Part shown: positions 19,898 through 29,989 of the stretch, piece after piece
How the letters are laid out: every line of letters starts with the position of its first letter
Numbering within the stretch: the stretch's first letter is position 1
Assembly: GCA_963699755.1 (NCBI GenBank)
Contig: CAVOVB010000002.1
Span: forward strand, 384,001-448,000
Reading direction: 5' to 3'
From: an uncultured delta proteobacterium
GTDB lineage: Bacteria > Myxococcota_A > Polyangia > Polyangiales > Houyiibacteriaceae
DNA: 64,000 nucleotides
Notes under the pieces: generated by a model
What the model saw: only the letters and a program-made list of their open reading frames with translations
What the model was told of the DNA's origin: nothing
Database searches by the model: none
Program-made: the position numbers and the translations under genes

Positions 19898-20758
19898 CTA
19901 TATTGGCGCGCTGATCCGCGGCTCTGCCAAAGGTCGTGGCGCGTCGTGCCGCGCGAAATGCTCGCGCAAAGCTGCGTTGAGCTCCCCAGCCTTTTGGAAG
20001 GTCACTCCGTGTCCAGCGTCGTCGAAGCGGAGCACTCGGGAGTTAGGGATGCGCTTGGCAAGCCGGTCGGTCTGCGTTGGACGAATCAAGATGTCCTTGC
20101 CGGGACGGACCAGAAGCGTGGGCACTTCGATTTGCGGCAAACGCGACCCTGTCGAGTGGCGCCACACCGCATGAAGCTGGCCGAGCACCGTTCGAAGCAC
20201 GGGGGGCCGGTCCAAACGTACGCTCAGATGCGCCCGCATCGCGTCCGCACCGATCGATTCGAGGAACTCCGCGGGATAGAGCAAGCGTGGAAGCGATTTC
20301 ATCCGAACCTTGCGGCCCCCGAATAGCCCTTTGAGAAAAAGGCCCATCCCCTTGAAAGTCGGAAGGGAAGCGATTGGGGCGCCATCGTGAGTGGCGATCA
20401 GGGTAAGGCTTCGGCAACGGTCCATCGAACGAAGTGCGATCTCCTGAGCGATCATCCCACCCATCGAAACGCCGACGACGTGGGACCGATCCCAACCGAG
20501 ATCGTCGAGGATCCGAATCGCATCGTCCGCCATTGCCGGGATGGTCCGAAGAAACGGACCAGGATCGCTTTCGCCGACCCCCAAGTGATCGTAGTGGCAG
20601 CAGCGATGGTCCGCTCGAAGCTCGTCCACCTGGGGCCCCCAAACCACGCCCCCCATGCCGAACCCCATGATGAAAAGGACCGGCGGCCCCTCCTGGCCGA
20701 AGGTACGATAGGCCAAGCGGGGCCCGGTTCGCGTAAACGAGGAGCTCAACGCCCCCAC
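19898..20758 (-). CDS. Alpha/beta hydrolase
   Basis: GVSMGG nucleophile elbow, IMGFG oxyanion region, DAGH catalytic His. Confidence 0.88.
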   Translation of the reverse strand: MGALSSSFTRTGPRLAYRTFGQEGPPVLFIMGFGMGGVVWGPQVDELRADHRCCHYDHLGVGESDPGPFLRTIPAMADDAIRILDDLGWDRSHVVGVSMGGMIAQEIALRSMDRCRSLTLIATHDGAPIASLPTFKGMGLFLKGLFGGRKVRMKSLPRLLYPAEFLESIGADAMRAHLSVRLDRPPVLRTVLGQLHAVWRHSTGSRLPQIEVPTLLVRPGKDILIRPTQTDRLAKRIPNSRVLRFDDAGHGVTFQKAGELNAALREHFARHDAPRPLAEPRISAPI

Positions 20759-20772
20759 CCCACCGGCAGCTT

Positions 20773-20896
20773 CCCCGTCACCGTCACCGTCACGGGCGCT
20801 GGCACTGATGCTGGCACTGACATTGGCACTGACACTGGCACTGGCCCTAACACTACAGGGAAAACTAGCACTGGAACTATAACTGTCCCTGCCCCA
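20773..20896. repeat. Intergenic degenerate 6-bp-periodic tract (GTCACC then GRCACT units)
   Basis: ccgtca ccgtca ccgtca cg ggcgct ggcact gatgct ggcact gacatt ggcact gacact ggcact ... agcact ggaact ataact. Confidence 0.75.
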
Positions 20897-20924
20897 TACC
20901 TCCTAGCCCCCGGACTCCCCCGCG

Positions 20925-22331
20925 ATGCCCCGCAATTTCTTCGACGACGTCAACCAATACTTCGACGCGGCTTGCCGCCATACCGAGATCTCCCCAGGCA
21001 TCCTCACCCAAGTCCGAGCCTGCAACGCCGTCTACGGGGTTCGGTTTCCGGTTCGACGGGACGACGGAGAAATCGTCGTGGTCGAAGGCTACCGTGCGGA
21101 GCACAGTCATCATCGGCTCCCGACCAAGGGCGGGATTCGCTATTCGCTCGATGTCTCCCAGGATGAGGTCATGGCCCTGTCCGCGCTCATGACCTACAAG
21201 TGCGCGGTCGTCGACGTTCCCTTCGGCGGCGCAAAAGGTGGCGTGTGCGTCGACCCGCGAAACGAGTCCGCATCGTTCTTGGAACGCGTGACGCGACGAT
21301 ACACTAGCGAGCTCATTCGCAAACGCTTCATCGGCCCTGACGTGGACGTGCCGGCACCCGATGTCGGCACGGGTGAACGGGAAATGGACTGGATCTACGA
21401 CACCTACAAGGTCCAAGGACCGGACACCTTGAACGCGCTAGCGTGTGTCACTGGAAAATCCGCCAGCGTGCACGGCGTGGCTGGGCGGCGAGAAGCGACC
21501 GGATTCGGCGCGATCATCGCGCTCGAGCACTTTTTGACCGAAGAGGAAGATGTGAAACCGCTCGGCTTGGAAACCGGGCTAGCAGGTAAGCGGATCATCG
21601 TACCCGGTCTTGGGAAAGTCGGCCTTCACGCGGCCCTCTCCGCCATCGCACGCGATGCGATCATCGTTGGCGTCTCGGTGAGCGACGGTGCGCTCTATGA
21701 TGAAGGCGGGCTCGACGTTGAAGCGGTCGTCCGACACCGCATGGAGACGGGCTCGCTGCGCGGTTTTCCCGGGGCCCGCTACTTGGCCAACCCTGACGCG
21801 ATCCTCGAAGAGGCTTGCGACGTCCTGATTCCTTCCGCGCTCGAGCATCAGATCACCATCGAAAATGCATCGAAGCTCAAGGCAAAGGTGATCGTCGAGG
21901 CGGCGAACGGCCCGGTTTCTCCCGAGGCAGATGCAAGTCTGCGCGAAGCCGGCTGCGTAATTGTCCCCGATATCTACGCGAACGCGGGAGGGGTCGTCGT
22001 CTCGTACTTCGAGTGGATCAAAAACCTCTCGCACGTGAGCTTCGAGCGCATGACCCGCCGCTATCAGCAACTCTCGATCGATCGGCTCCTCCACGTCATC
22101 AGTCGGCTCACCGGGAAGGCCCTCTCTTCCGAAGAGGCTGCGCTGCTTCTCCAGGCGCCGAACGAGATCGACTTCGTCAACACGGCGCTCGAGAACACGA
22201 TGGCAATTTCGTATGAGAAGATTCGCGAGACCTGGAAACGGCGGTCGCTGCCGGACCTTCGGACGTCGGCCTATCTCCACGCAATCGAGTCCGTGGCTAG
22301 CTCCTATTCCCTGGATGGGATCTTCCCGTGA
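20925..22331 (+). CDS. Glutamate dehydrogenase (Glu/Leu/Phe/Val family)
   Basis: PTKGGIRY, MTYKCAVVDVPFGGAKGG, DVPAPD, EAANGP, PDIYANAGGVVVSYFEW. Confidence 0.92.
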   Translation: MPRNFFDDVNQYFDAACRHTEISPGILTQVRACNAVYGVRFPVRRDDGEIVVVEGYRAEHSHHRLPTKGGIRYSLDVSQDEVMALSALMTYKCAVVDVPFGGAKGGVCVDPRNESASFLERVTRRYTSELIRKRFIGPDVDVPAPDVGTGEREMDWIYDTYKVQGPDTLNALACVTGKSASVHGVAGRREATGFGAIIALEHFLTEEEDVKPLGLETGLAGKRIIVPGLGKVGLHAALSAIARDAIIVGVSVSDGALYDEGGLDVEAVVRHRMETGSLRGFPGARYLANPDAILEEACDVLIPSALEHQITIENASKLKAKVIVEAANGPVSPEADASLREAGCVIVPDIYANAGGVVVSYFEWIKNLSHVSFERMTRRYQQLSIDRLLHVISRLTGKALSSEEAALLLQAPNEIDFVNTALENTMAISYEKIRETWKRRSLPDLRTSAYLHAIESVASSYSLDGIFP

Positions 22332-22412
22332 CCGCGCATGTGCCGAGGCACGGCTGCCGAGGTGCATCGACGTCGATCGGCGGCCCCTTGATATCGATGA
22401 CTCGGGGCCTGA

Positions 22413-24032
22413 CTAGGACAGAAGCACTTCGCCGGCTCCACCCACCGCACGAAGCTCGCCCACCTCCAAAATCGGATGACCGTTGACGAAAACGTGCTCG
22501 ATGCCCGACGGCGCCGCATCTCCAGCGTCGTTGACGTGATCACGAACCTCGTTCCAATCGAAGACGACGACATCGGCGGCGGCTCCCTCTTCGAGGCATC
22601 CCCGGTTCTCGAGCCGGAAGCGCTTCGCCGCAGCCCCGGTCATCTTGTGCACCGCCGCTTCGAGTGAGATGGTGCCCCGCTCACGCGCCTTGCGAAGAAA
22701 CCTCGGAAAAGTGCCGAATGCGGCGGGGTTCTGGTGCCCCCCAGGCTCGGGCCAGGAATCGGAAGCGAAGATCGCGGCAGGGTGCCGCATGAGGCGATCG
22801 ATGATCTCGTCGCTGTAGTAGCGGTGGAAGAGCACGCGAGCTTCGGCGTTACTCTTGTCGAGAATGTCGAGCATCGTCTCGAAGCTCGATTTGCCGACTC
22901 GCTCGGCTATCTCCGGAAGGAAGCGCCCGTTATGCTCGTCGTACTCGGCAGAGCCCGCGCTCGTGATTTGCATCTGCGGATAGCCGAAGCCCACCAGCCG
23001 AAACCCGACTTCCGCTTCGACCCGGAGGCGCGCCCGGGCGAAGTGGCTGTGGAGCGCCTCGGGCATGCGGGCCATGAACCACTCGGGAAGGAGCGTGTTG
23101 AGCAAGGTCGCCCCGCAAGCATAGGGAAACATGTCGAAGCAGACGTCCACCCCGTCGGCGATGGCACGGTCGAACAGCCCGATCGCCTCATCGATGGTCT
23201 TCCAGGTTCGGGAGCCAACGAAGATAAGATGCGAGAACTGAAGCCGGACACCGGTGCGTCTCGCCAGCCCGAGCATATCGTCGATCGCCTTGAGATTGTG
23301 GGCCCGGCCGAAGGGTCTCATCGGATAGGTGCCGGAAAACGACGAGTAGGCCTTGGCGTGCGCAGTGAGCAACTTGTCGTGTCGCTTCACGAGACGGGCC
23401 ACGTCATCGAGCTCGTCGAGCTTGGCGAAGACGCCCGGCTTGTATTGGAGGCCGAGGGAGATGCCCGCGGCGCCCTCGCTTAGTGCCAGATCGAGAATCG
23501 CGAGCATCTGCGCATGCTCGGAATCGTTCAGCGCCCGCGCCTCGAAACCAGAGAGCGAGGTGCGGGCGGCGCCGTGGCCGACGAGGAAGACGAAGTTGTG
23601 CGTCAGGCCGAGTCGACCGACGAGCTCGCGATACTCCGCGAAAGTATTCCAATCGAGGGTTTCCCGGGCAGCCTTGAAGAGGGAATTCTCGAGCAGGCTT
23701 CGGTGCTTGGTGCCGGGGGCGAATCCGAAGGGGCTGAAGCCGCAGTTCCCGGCAGCGAAGGTCGTCACCCCCTGCGCGGTGAAAGGATCGAAGTGATGCG
23801 GATCATCGCTCGCAGCGTAGAAGTCCATGTGCGAATGCGCATCGATGAACCCAGGCGCGATGATCTTGCCGGTGCAGTCGATGGGTGTGCCTGCGTCATT
23901 GGGTAGGTCTCCGAGCGCGGCGATGCTCCTGCCATCGAGCAAGACGCTACCGGGCCGAGGAGGAGCACCTGTCCCGTCGACGACCAGGCCGCCTTGCAGA
24001 AGCGTTTTCCGCTCGTGTGGCCGAGTCGTCAT
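22413..24032 (-). CDS. N-acyl-D-amino acid deacylase family amidohydrolase
   Basis: PGFIDAHSHMD, GNCGFSP, ASDS, GTFPRFL, AVHKMTG. Confidence 0.85.
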   Translation of the reverse strand: MTTRPHERKTLLQGGLVVDGTGAPPRPGSVLLDGRSIAALGDLPNDAGTPIDCTGKIIAPGFIDAHSHMDFYAASDDPHHFDPFTAQGVTTFAAGNCGFSPFGFAPGTKHRSLLENSLFKAARETLDWNTFAEYRELVGRLGLTHNFVFLVGHGAARTSLSGFEARALNDSEHAQMLAILDLALSEGAAGISLGLQYKPGVFAKLDELDDVARLVKRHDKLLTAHAKAYSSFSGTYPMRPFGRAHNLKAIDDMLGLARRTGVRLQFSHLIFVGSRTWKTIDEAIGLFDRAIADGVDVCFDMFPYACGATLLNTLLPEWFMARMPEALHSHFARARLRVEAEVGFRLVGFGYPQMQITSAGSAEYDEHNGRFLPEIAERVGKSSFETMLDILDKSNAEARVLFHRYYSDEIIDRLMRHPAAIFASDSWPEPGGHQNPAAFGTFPRFLRKARERGTISLEAAVHKMTGAAAKRFRLENRGCLEEGAAADVVVFDWNEVRDHVNDAGDAAPSGIEHVFVNGHPILEVGELRAVGGAGEVLLS

Positions 24033-24122
24033 GGGTAGCGCTCGCTTACATCAAAGCAGCGTGCTCGACAAAGGCTTTGTTGGTGCACCGACGGCACGGA
24101 ATCGGCTATGGTCCGGTCCAGG

Positions 24123-24737
24123 ATGAACGCTTCGAAACGAAACCACTTTCGCATCGTTCTGACTGGCGGGCCCGGTGGCGGCAAGAGCACGGCTGCCGAC
24201 TTGTTCCGTCGCGAGATCGGAGAGAAAATCGTGGTCGTGCCGGAGACGGCAACGATGCTGTTCACGGGCGGCTTTCCTCGAGTCGGTGAGCAGAGCGCAC
24301 GCGCTGCAACCCAGCAGGCTATTTTCCATGCCCAGGTCGCGCTCGAAGACATCCAGAGCGCGCTCTATCCCGGCCGGGTTCTGCTCTGCGATCGCGGAAC
24401 GATCGATGGAGCTGCCTTCTGGCCCGAAGGCGCGGCCAAGGGCTTCTTCGACACACTGAGCACGAGCCTCGAAGACCAGCTCCGCCGCTATGACGCCGTG
24501 ATCTTTTTCGAATCCGCTGCCGTCGGAGACATCTCGATCGAAGGCGGGAACCCGGTGCGCACCGAGAACAACGAGGAAGCCCGGCGGCTCGACATGCGGC
24601 TCCGGGAGCTCTGGTCCGAGCACCCGAGTTTCCACTTCGTGCCACACTCGGCTTCGTTTTTTTCGAAGCTTCAGGAGGGGCTCCGGCAGCTCGAGGGCAT
24701 CATCGACGACAATGGCCTCCTTCATTCAGGCTCTTAA
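24123..24737 (+). CDS. P-loop NTPase, AAA_28/NadR-like
   Basis: IVLTGGPGGGKST Walker A, VVPETAT, LLCDRGTID. Confidence 0.8.
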   Translation: MNASKRNHFRIVLTGGPGGGKSTAADLFRREIGEKIVVVPETATMLFTGGFPRVGEQSARAATQQAIFHAQVALEDIQSALYPGRVLLCDRGTIDGAAFWPEGAAKGFFDTLSTSLEDQLRRYDAVIFFESAAVGDISIEGGNPVRTENNEEARRLDMRLRELWSEHPSFHFVPHSASFFSKLQEGLRQLEGIIDDNGLLHSGS

Positions 24738-24776
24738 AATGGCCTGACTAACCCATCTATACTAAACGGGGAGATC

Positions 24777-25601
24777 ATGGGGATGTTTCCAATGTTCGGC
24801 GGCTCGCGTGCGAGCCTCGCTTTCGGGCCGGTCGTAGTGTTGCTCCTGCTCACCTCGACCCCGGGCTGCATCAGCCAGATGCAGACCGACATCGCGGCCA
24901 ACCGCAAACGCCTCGACTCTCTCGAAGAGGACTTGGAGGCCAAGCGCAAAGAGCTCGAAGAAGCGCTGGCCGAAGCGAGCCGAGTTCTTCGCCGCAACAG
25001 TGCCGACCAGGGACTGCAAATCGAAGAGATTCAGCAGCGCTTGGCGGCGATGGAAGGCGAGATCGCCGAATCTCGACACGAGATCAGCGGAAGGAACAAG
25101 GAGCAGGCCGAGCGCAGCCTCGAGCTTCAGCGGCGCTTGAGCGAGGTCGCCCGAGCGGCGGGTATGGACGTCCCACTCGACTCGACGGAGATTCCGACGA
25201 ATCAAAAAGCGCACTGGGACGCGCTCAACAAGGCGTATCGCATCAACAAGTATTCGTACACACGCGGGCTTGCGCGAGCGTACGTGGACCGGTACCCCAA
25301 GGACGCACACGCGGACGACGCACAGTACATGATCGGGTCCAGCTACCTAAAGCAGGGTCAGGCGGCGGCGGCGCTCGGCGAGTTTCAGAAAGTTCTATCG
25401 ACGTACCGCAGAGGCGATGTCATCGACAAGACGCTCTTCGACATGTCGCAAGCGTTCTTGGAGGTTCGCTCGTGCAACGATGCAGCAACGGCCCTCAAGG
25501 CCCTCCTGAGGAACCACAAGAGCTCCAAGCTCGCCCCCCAGGCCAAGAAGGGGCTGCGCAAAGTGCAGGCCCTCGGCCCTGCGGATTGCGACGACCGCTA
25601 G
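24777..25601 (+). CDS. cpoB: Cell division coordinator CpoB/YbgF-like (coiled coil + TPR)
   Basis: Signal/lipobox TPGC, coiled coil, YVDRYPKDAHADDAQYMIG..F.KV...Y TPR pattern; near tol-pal genes. Confidence 0.75.
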   Translation: MGMFPMFGGSRASLAFGPVVVLLLLTSTPGCISQMQTDIAANRKRLDSLEEDLEAKRKELEEALAEASRVLRRNSADQGLQIEEIQQRLAAMEGEIAESRHEISGRNKEQAERSLELQRRLSEVARAAGMDVPLDSTEIPTNQKAHWDALNKAYRINKYSYTRGLARAYVDRYPKDAHADDAQYMIGSSYLKQGQAAAALGEFQKVLSTYRRGDVIDKTLFDMSQAFLEVRSCNDAATALKALLRNHKSSKLAPQAKKGLRKVQALGPADCDDR

Positions 25602-27814
25602 AGGGAGCCCGTCTCGTCCGGCGCGCTCAGGTAGATCGGTGAGGACCAGGCGCGCTCCTGCGTCATCGAGAGGCAATCGTCGTCGAAGGGCACGCGATAG
25701 TCGCCGTAGCAGGGGTCGCAGTCATCGTCGTCACAGCGAAGCAAGCCTGCGTTGACCGCGGCCGTGGGCTCCTGAATCGCGCGAACGTAATAGAGAACCT
25801 CGCGGCCCGCCGACGAATACCAGGGATCTTCGAACTCGACCTCGCAGACGTCGTTCTCCGCAGGACAGGGCACCGTCAGCCAGGGGTCCTCGATGAGGTC
25901 TTCGACAGCCTCGGTCTCGTTCATCTGCCGCATGATGCGGACCACCTCGATGCGCATGATGCGGCGACGTGTGTCGGAGGGGTGGTAGCACTCCCCCGCA
26001 CAGATCCGGTCGATGCGCTCCGAGCCGAGCGCCTCGACCACCTCGTCCGGGCAACCGGGCATCTGTACGAACGCGCCCGCAGCGCGAACCCGGAACTTCG
26101 GGGTACCGGTAAATTCGAGCTGACTGCCCATCGGCACGCGGTCCGGAGCCGCATTGATCAAATCAAACCAGAGCAAGATGCGGTCGCCCGAGGTTCCGTA
26201 GACTTCCCGGTCGAAGAGGGCCTGCCAAATCGCGTCGCGCGTTCGCTTCTTCGCATGCACAGCAACGAGGCCGCCGGTGAGGAAAAAGGACGCTTGTCGC
26301 TCGAGCCAAACCCGACGAAACGGCGGCCTTGCGAAAACCGCTTCCGGGGAAAGCTCGAGGGACTCGTCGCTCTTCTTTGCATCGCCGAAGATGAGCTTGC
26401 GCCATTCTTCGTTCACCACGCCGCGCGCCTCGGTCATCTTCCGACGCTCATATTCCTTGTAGCCCGTGCCCGGACGAGCCGAGTGGTTGTCGCTCGACGC
26501 AATGAAGCCCAGGGTTGCATGCCGTGGTGTCTCGCCTTCTTCAAAGCTCCCGCGCGCCAGGATGTATTGGAGTGAACCGCCTGGGCGGTAGGAGTAGCTC
26601 GGCTGAAAGCAATCGGTGCACTGACCGCAATTGCCCCATTCGCGGAGATCGGTCCCAGGAAGCGTCAGGTATCCCGACACGCCCACGCGAAGGTAGTTCG
26701 CCCGGGCAGCTGCGACTCGCTCTTCGCATGCCTCGGAAAACGGGGATTCGCATCGGCTGCGGATGATCTCGCCAGCGCGCCAACAACAAGCTTCGAAATC
26801 GTCCCGAGGCTCGGGGCAAACCCAGCCATCCTCGGTCTTTTCGGCAGCGCGATAGGTTCGATACTCCTCGGAGTTCCCGTGCCCGGAAAACACTTCGATC
26901 ACGGGTTGCCATTTCGGGTTGTTGCGCCTGGCCTGGAGCTGCTTGTCGTAGTCGTAGCCCGGAGGCGTGTAGAAGCCCCAGGTCGTGCCATGTGGAATCA
27001 CCATCGCGTCGAAGCCCCATTCGTCGAGCTTGCGGAAAAGCGACTCGGGGCTCTCTGCGACCTCGCGGCAATCCGCAGGCAGGTCTGGCGACGCTTGCCC
27101 CTCGGCGCATTGCGATAGGCTGGCGATCTCGCGAACGTGCCGTGCAGCGTCGTTGTACGGCTGATTGTCGGGAAACGCCTCGAGAGGGATTCTCCAGTTG
27201 GCGCGAAGCGTCTCACGGTCGCGAAAGGCCTGTGAGGCAAGGCCGGGCGCGGCGATCGGCCGGCTGGGCAACTGCTCGTCCGCCGTCTCCTTGAAGATCA
27301 CGTTCCGATGACCGAAGTGCGATTCTGGCGTGATGCCGATCTGCGTCCATTCGAAGCCAGTGAATGCGACCAGATCAGGCTGCTCGCTCTGGGCGTCGAC
27401 GGCATTGCACTGCCGAACCGATTCGCGAACCATCTCCCAGGTGCGCGGCGTCAATGCCTCGGCGTGGTCCGTGAGTGAATAGAAATCGAGCTGCGAGCAG
27501 AAGCGGGCGAAGTCACAGGCGTCCGCAGGAGGGTGGACACCTTCCCCGCCCATCAGCGGCAAGCTCCACTGGAAGGCGTCCACCGATAGGGTGGAGTGAA
27601 CGTGGAGATCGCCGAAGAGCACCCGTGTCTCGGCATCGCCGGTGACGACATGCTGCGCTTCCTCGCGGGCGGTCAAGACAGCGCGGTCGAGCGGAGTCGT
27701 GTTGATTTCGCCGTCTACCTGAAGGTTTCCGCCGCCGTAAATACGCCACAACCCGAGGGCGGCGATTGCGAGAACCACGAGCGTCGCCAAGCAGCCCAGC
27801 TTCCAGTTCGCCAT
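25598..27814 (-). CDS. DUF3604-family (PHP-like) membrane-anchored protein
   Basis: FGDLHVHSTLSVDA, TDHAE, GFEWT, HRNVIF, GFIASSDNH, EVYGTSGDRI, QERAWSSPI. Confidence 0.8.
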   Translation of the reverse strand: MANWKLGCLATLVVLAIAALGLWRIYGGGNLQVDGEINTTPLDRAVLTAREEAQHVVTGDAETRVLFGDLHVHSTLSVDAFQWSLPLMGGEGVHPPADACDFARFCSQLDFYSLTDHAEALTPRTWEMVRESVRQCNAVDAQSEQPDLVAFTGFEWTQIGITPESHFGHRNVIFKETADEQLPSRPIAAPGLASQAFRDRETLRANWRIPLEAFPDNQPYNDAARHVREIASLSQCAEGQASPDLPADCREVAESPESLFRKLDEWGFDAMVIPHGTTWGFYTPPGYDYDKQLQARRNNPKWQPVIEVFSGHGNSEEYRTYRAAEKTEDGWVCPEPRDDFEACCWRAGEIIRSRCESPFSEACEERVAAARANYLRVGVSGYLTLPGTDLREWGNCGQCTDCFQPSYSYRPGGSLQYILARGSFEEGETPRHATLGFIASSDNHSARPGTGYKEYERRKMTEARGVVNEEWRKLIFGDAKKSDESLELSPEAVFARPPFRRVWLERQASFFLTGGLVAVHAKKRTRDAIWQALFDREVYGTSGDRILLWFDLINAAPDRVPMGSQLEFTGTPKFRVRAAGAFVQMPGCPDEVVEALGSERIDRICAGECYHPSDTRRRIMRIEVVRIMRQMNETEAVEDLIEDPWLTVPCPAENDVCEVEFEDPWYSSAGREVLYYVRAIQEPTAAVNAGLLRCDDDDCDPCYGDYRVPFDDDCLSMTQERAWSSPIYLSAPDETGSL

Positions 27815-27842
27815 GGCCGCGGAGGATAGCAGATTCGCGTGC

Positions 27843-29159
27843 TCAGCGGGCCCAGCGAACCGTCTCGGCCACGCCCTCGATGATCTGATTTTGGTCGAGC
27901 CCGTCTTGACTGGAAAGATAGACGCCTGGAGAGCCACGACGGTTCGACGTGAACGCGATCAAACGGCAGTCCGGCGAGAAGGCCGGATCCTTGTTGTCGC
28001 CCTGCCCTTGTGTGAGCCTGGTGTATTCCTGGGTGTCGATGTTGACGGTGAAGATGTCGAATTGGCTGTCGCGCCCGCTGAACGCGATGAGCGGCTGTTT
28101 CGGGTCACCGCACCAGGTCGGCGTCTGATTGTGATTGCCGCGGAATGTGACGCGCTGCACGTTCGTGCCATCGTGGTTCATCGTGAAGATCTGGGGGCTC
28201 CCGTGGCGGTCGGACACGAAGGCCAGCTTGCCGCCCGGTCCGCAGGTCGGGCTCACGTCGATCCCTCGGCTTCGGGTGAGACGTCGGAGACCGGATCCGT
28301 CGACGTTCGAGCTGTAGATCTCGTAGTTCCCAGACCGCGAGGACGAGAAATAGACCCGCTCGCCGCAGATCGAAGGCGCCATCGTGATCCCCTTGCCGCC
28401 GATGACGCGTTTGCCCCCCGCCCGCGTATTCGTGATGAACATGCCCTCTCTCGTCATTCGGGTGTACCAAATCGAGCCCTTCCCGAACGACGGAAGCATC
28501 GACACGCCCCCGCCGCTCGATACCTGCCGGACCCCGTAGCCGTCCATGGCGGCTGCGTAGACGCTCTTCTGGCCAGGCCCATGCTTGCGCGCGAATGCAA
28601 TCTCGGTCCCAAATGGTCCGTAGGTGCCGGTAACGACGCCGATCACCTGGTTGGCGAAATCGTGCATCCACTTGCGGAGCTCGCTCGCAGGACCGCGGTA
28701 GGCGCGACGAAGCGCCGGCACTTCTCCTCCGCTCGATTGATAGAAACGAAGCTCGACGATCAAGCCCGCGCTCGTCCCAAAGACCTGGCCTTTGATGACG
28801 CCATGGGCGCCCAATGCCGCCCACGCGCCGAGGTCGACTCCAAGTCCGAGGCTTTCTGTGTCGTGTCGGACCGAGCTCGGGCCGAGAACGCGGAACCCAG
28901 GCATCAAACGGAAATCATTTTGCAGGACTGCCCCACCCGCCGCCGCGAGCTCCGTCGCGTCACCGAGTAGGTTCGGGATTCCGATCCGAAACACATCCTG
29001 ATCGGGCGCATCGATCTCGACGACGATCTTGTCTTCGGGCAGGGGCGGCGCTTCGTCCTGAGCGCTCACTCGCACCCCCGACAAGACGAGCAGGCCAATC
29101 GCTAGCGCCATCGCGCCCCCTCTACGCAGCCATCGATTCCGAAATTCAATCCAAGTCAT
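27843..29159 (-). CDS. tolB: Tol-Pal beta-propeller protein TolB
   Basis: PD40 repeats (AFVSDRHGSPQIF, AFTSNRRG), MHDFANQVI..TG..GPF.TEIAF; follows tolQRA. Confidence 0.85.
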   Translation of the reverse strand: MTWIEFRNRWLRRGGAMALAIGLLVLSGVRVSAQDEAPPLPEDKIVVEIDAPDQDVFRIGIPNLLGDATELAAAGGAVLQNDFRLMPGFRVLGPSSVRHDTESLGLGVDLGAWAALGAHGVIKGQVFGTSAGLIVELRFYQSSGGEVPALRRAYRGPASELRKWMHDFANQVIGVVTGTYGPFGTEIAFARKHGPGQKSVYAAAMDGYGVRQVSSGGGVSMLPSFGKGSIWYTRMTREGMFITNTRAGGKRVIGGKGITMAPSICGERVYFSSSRSGNYEIYSSNVDGSGLRRLTRSRGIDVSPTCGPGGKLAFVSDRHGSPQIFTMNHDGTNVQRVTFRGNHNQTPTWCGDPKQPLIAFSGRDSQFDIFTVNIDTQEYTRLTQGQGDNKDPAFSPDCRLIAFTSNRRGSPGVYLSSQDGLDQNQIIEGVAETVRWAR

Positions 29160-29167
29160 CTACAACC

Positions 29168-29986
29168 TCAGCGGGCATGGCGCCCAACGAAAACCAGAGA
29201 GACGGACTTCCCCAAGATTTGACTCACCACCGATTCCGGCGGGGGTGGAAGCTTGGCCCCCTCCGTCTGCCGCAACCTCCGACGAACGGAATCATCGAAC
29301 GCTTCATTCCCGCTCGGCCGTTTCACCTCGTACTCCCCGACCCGCCCATCTTCCGTGATCGAAAGCTCGACCATGCAGGCGAGCTCTTGAAGCTCGTCGT
29401 CGGTTATCAATGTAGGGACCTGCCAGCCCCTTCGGAAGTACGAGTAGAGCTTTCCGATGTAGATCTCCCGTTCATCCCCGCTGGCCTTGGTGCCTTCGAC
29501 GATGCCATCGGGATCGCCTTCGAGCTCGGGTCCTTTCGAAAGGTCTGAAATCGCGCCCGCACGCGCACCGAGTTGTGAAAGAAGATCCTCGTCCCGCTCC
29601 GTGCGCTTCTTCTTCGTCTTGGCGAGGCCCTTCTCCTCGTTTCCCGAGGGCGCCGCAGCCATTGGCTCGGAGTCCGGTGCTTGCGGTACCGCCGCGGTCT
29701 TCTGGGCTGCGGGGATTTCCTTGTTCGGCAGTCGTCGTGACTCCCTCTTCTTCCCGAGACGGACGAAACGAGTCTCGATCACCTCGAGCGGCGCCGGCGG
29801 GAGCTCATCGACGGCGCCACCAAGGATCGTCCCCAGTTCGCCCAGCACGAGCGCGCTCAATAGCGCCAGCGTAGGAGTCAGCACGACGGCGGCCAGTGTG
29901 AAGCCCACCCCTCCAATGATCTCCGAGAGTGTGGGCCGCTCCGTCTCGAGAAGGGAGAGTGCTCGCCAGTCGCTCGCCCCAGACAT
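29168..29986 (-). CDS. tolA: TolA/TonB-like energy transducer
   Basis: N-terminal TM, Pro/Lys-rich linker, TonB_C-like DGRV..YEVKRPSGNEAFD; between tolR and tolB. Confidence 0.7.
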   Translation of the reverse strand: MSGASDWRALSLLETERPTLSEIIGGVGFTLAAVVLTPTLALLSALVLGELGTILGGAVDELPPAPLEVIETRFVRLGKKRESRRLPNKEIPAAQKTAAVPQAPDSEPMAAAPSGNEEKGLAKTKKKRTERDEDLLSQLGARAGAISDLSKGPELEGDPDGIVEGTKASGDEREIYIGKLYSYFRRGWQVPTLITDDELQELACMVELSITEDGRVGEYEVKRPSGNEAFDDSVRRRLRQTEGAKLPPPPESVVSQILGKSVSLVFVGRHAR

Positions 29987-29989
29987 GGC

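Noticed and set aside
20387..21166. 259-aa ORF with a Thr/Gly-rich segment
   Set aside because: It overlaps the hydrolase antisense and gdh out of frame; the Thr/Gly run is just the translated hexamer repeat
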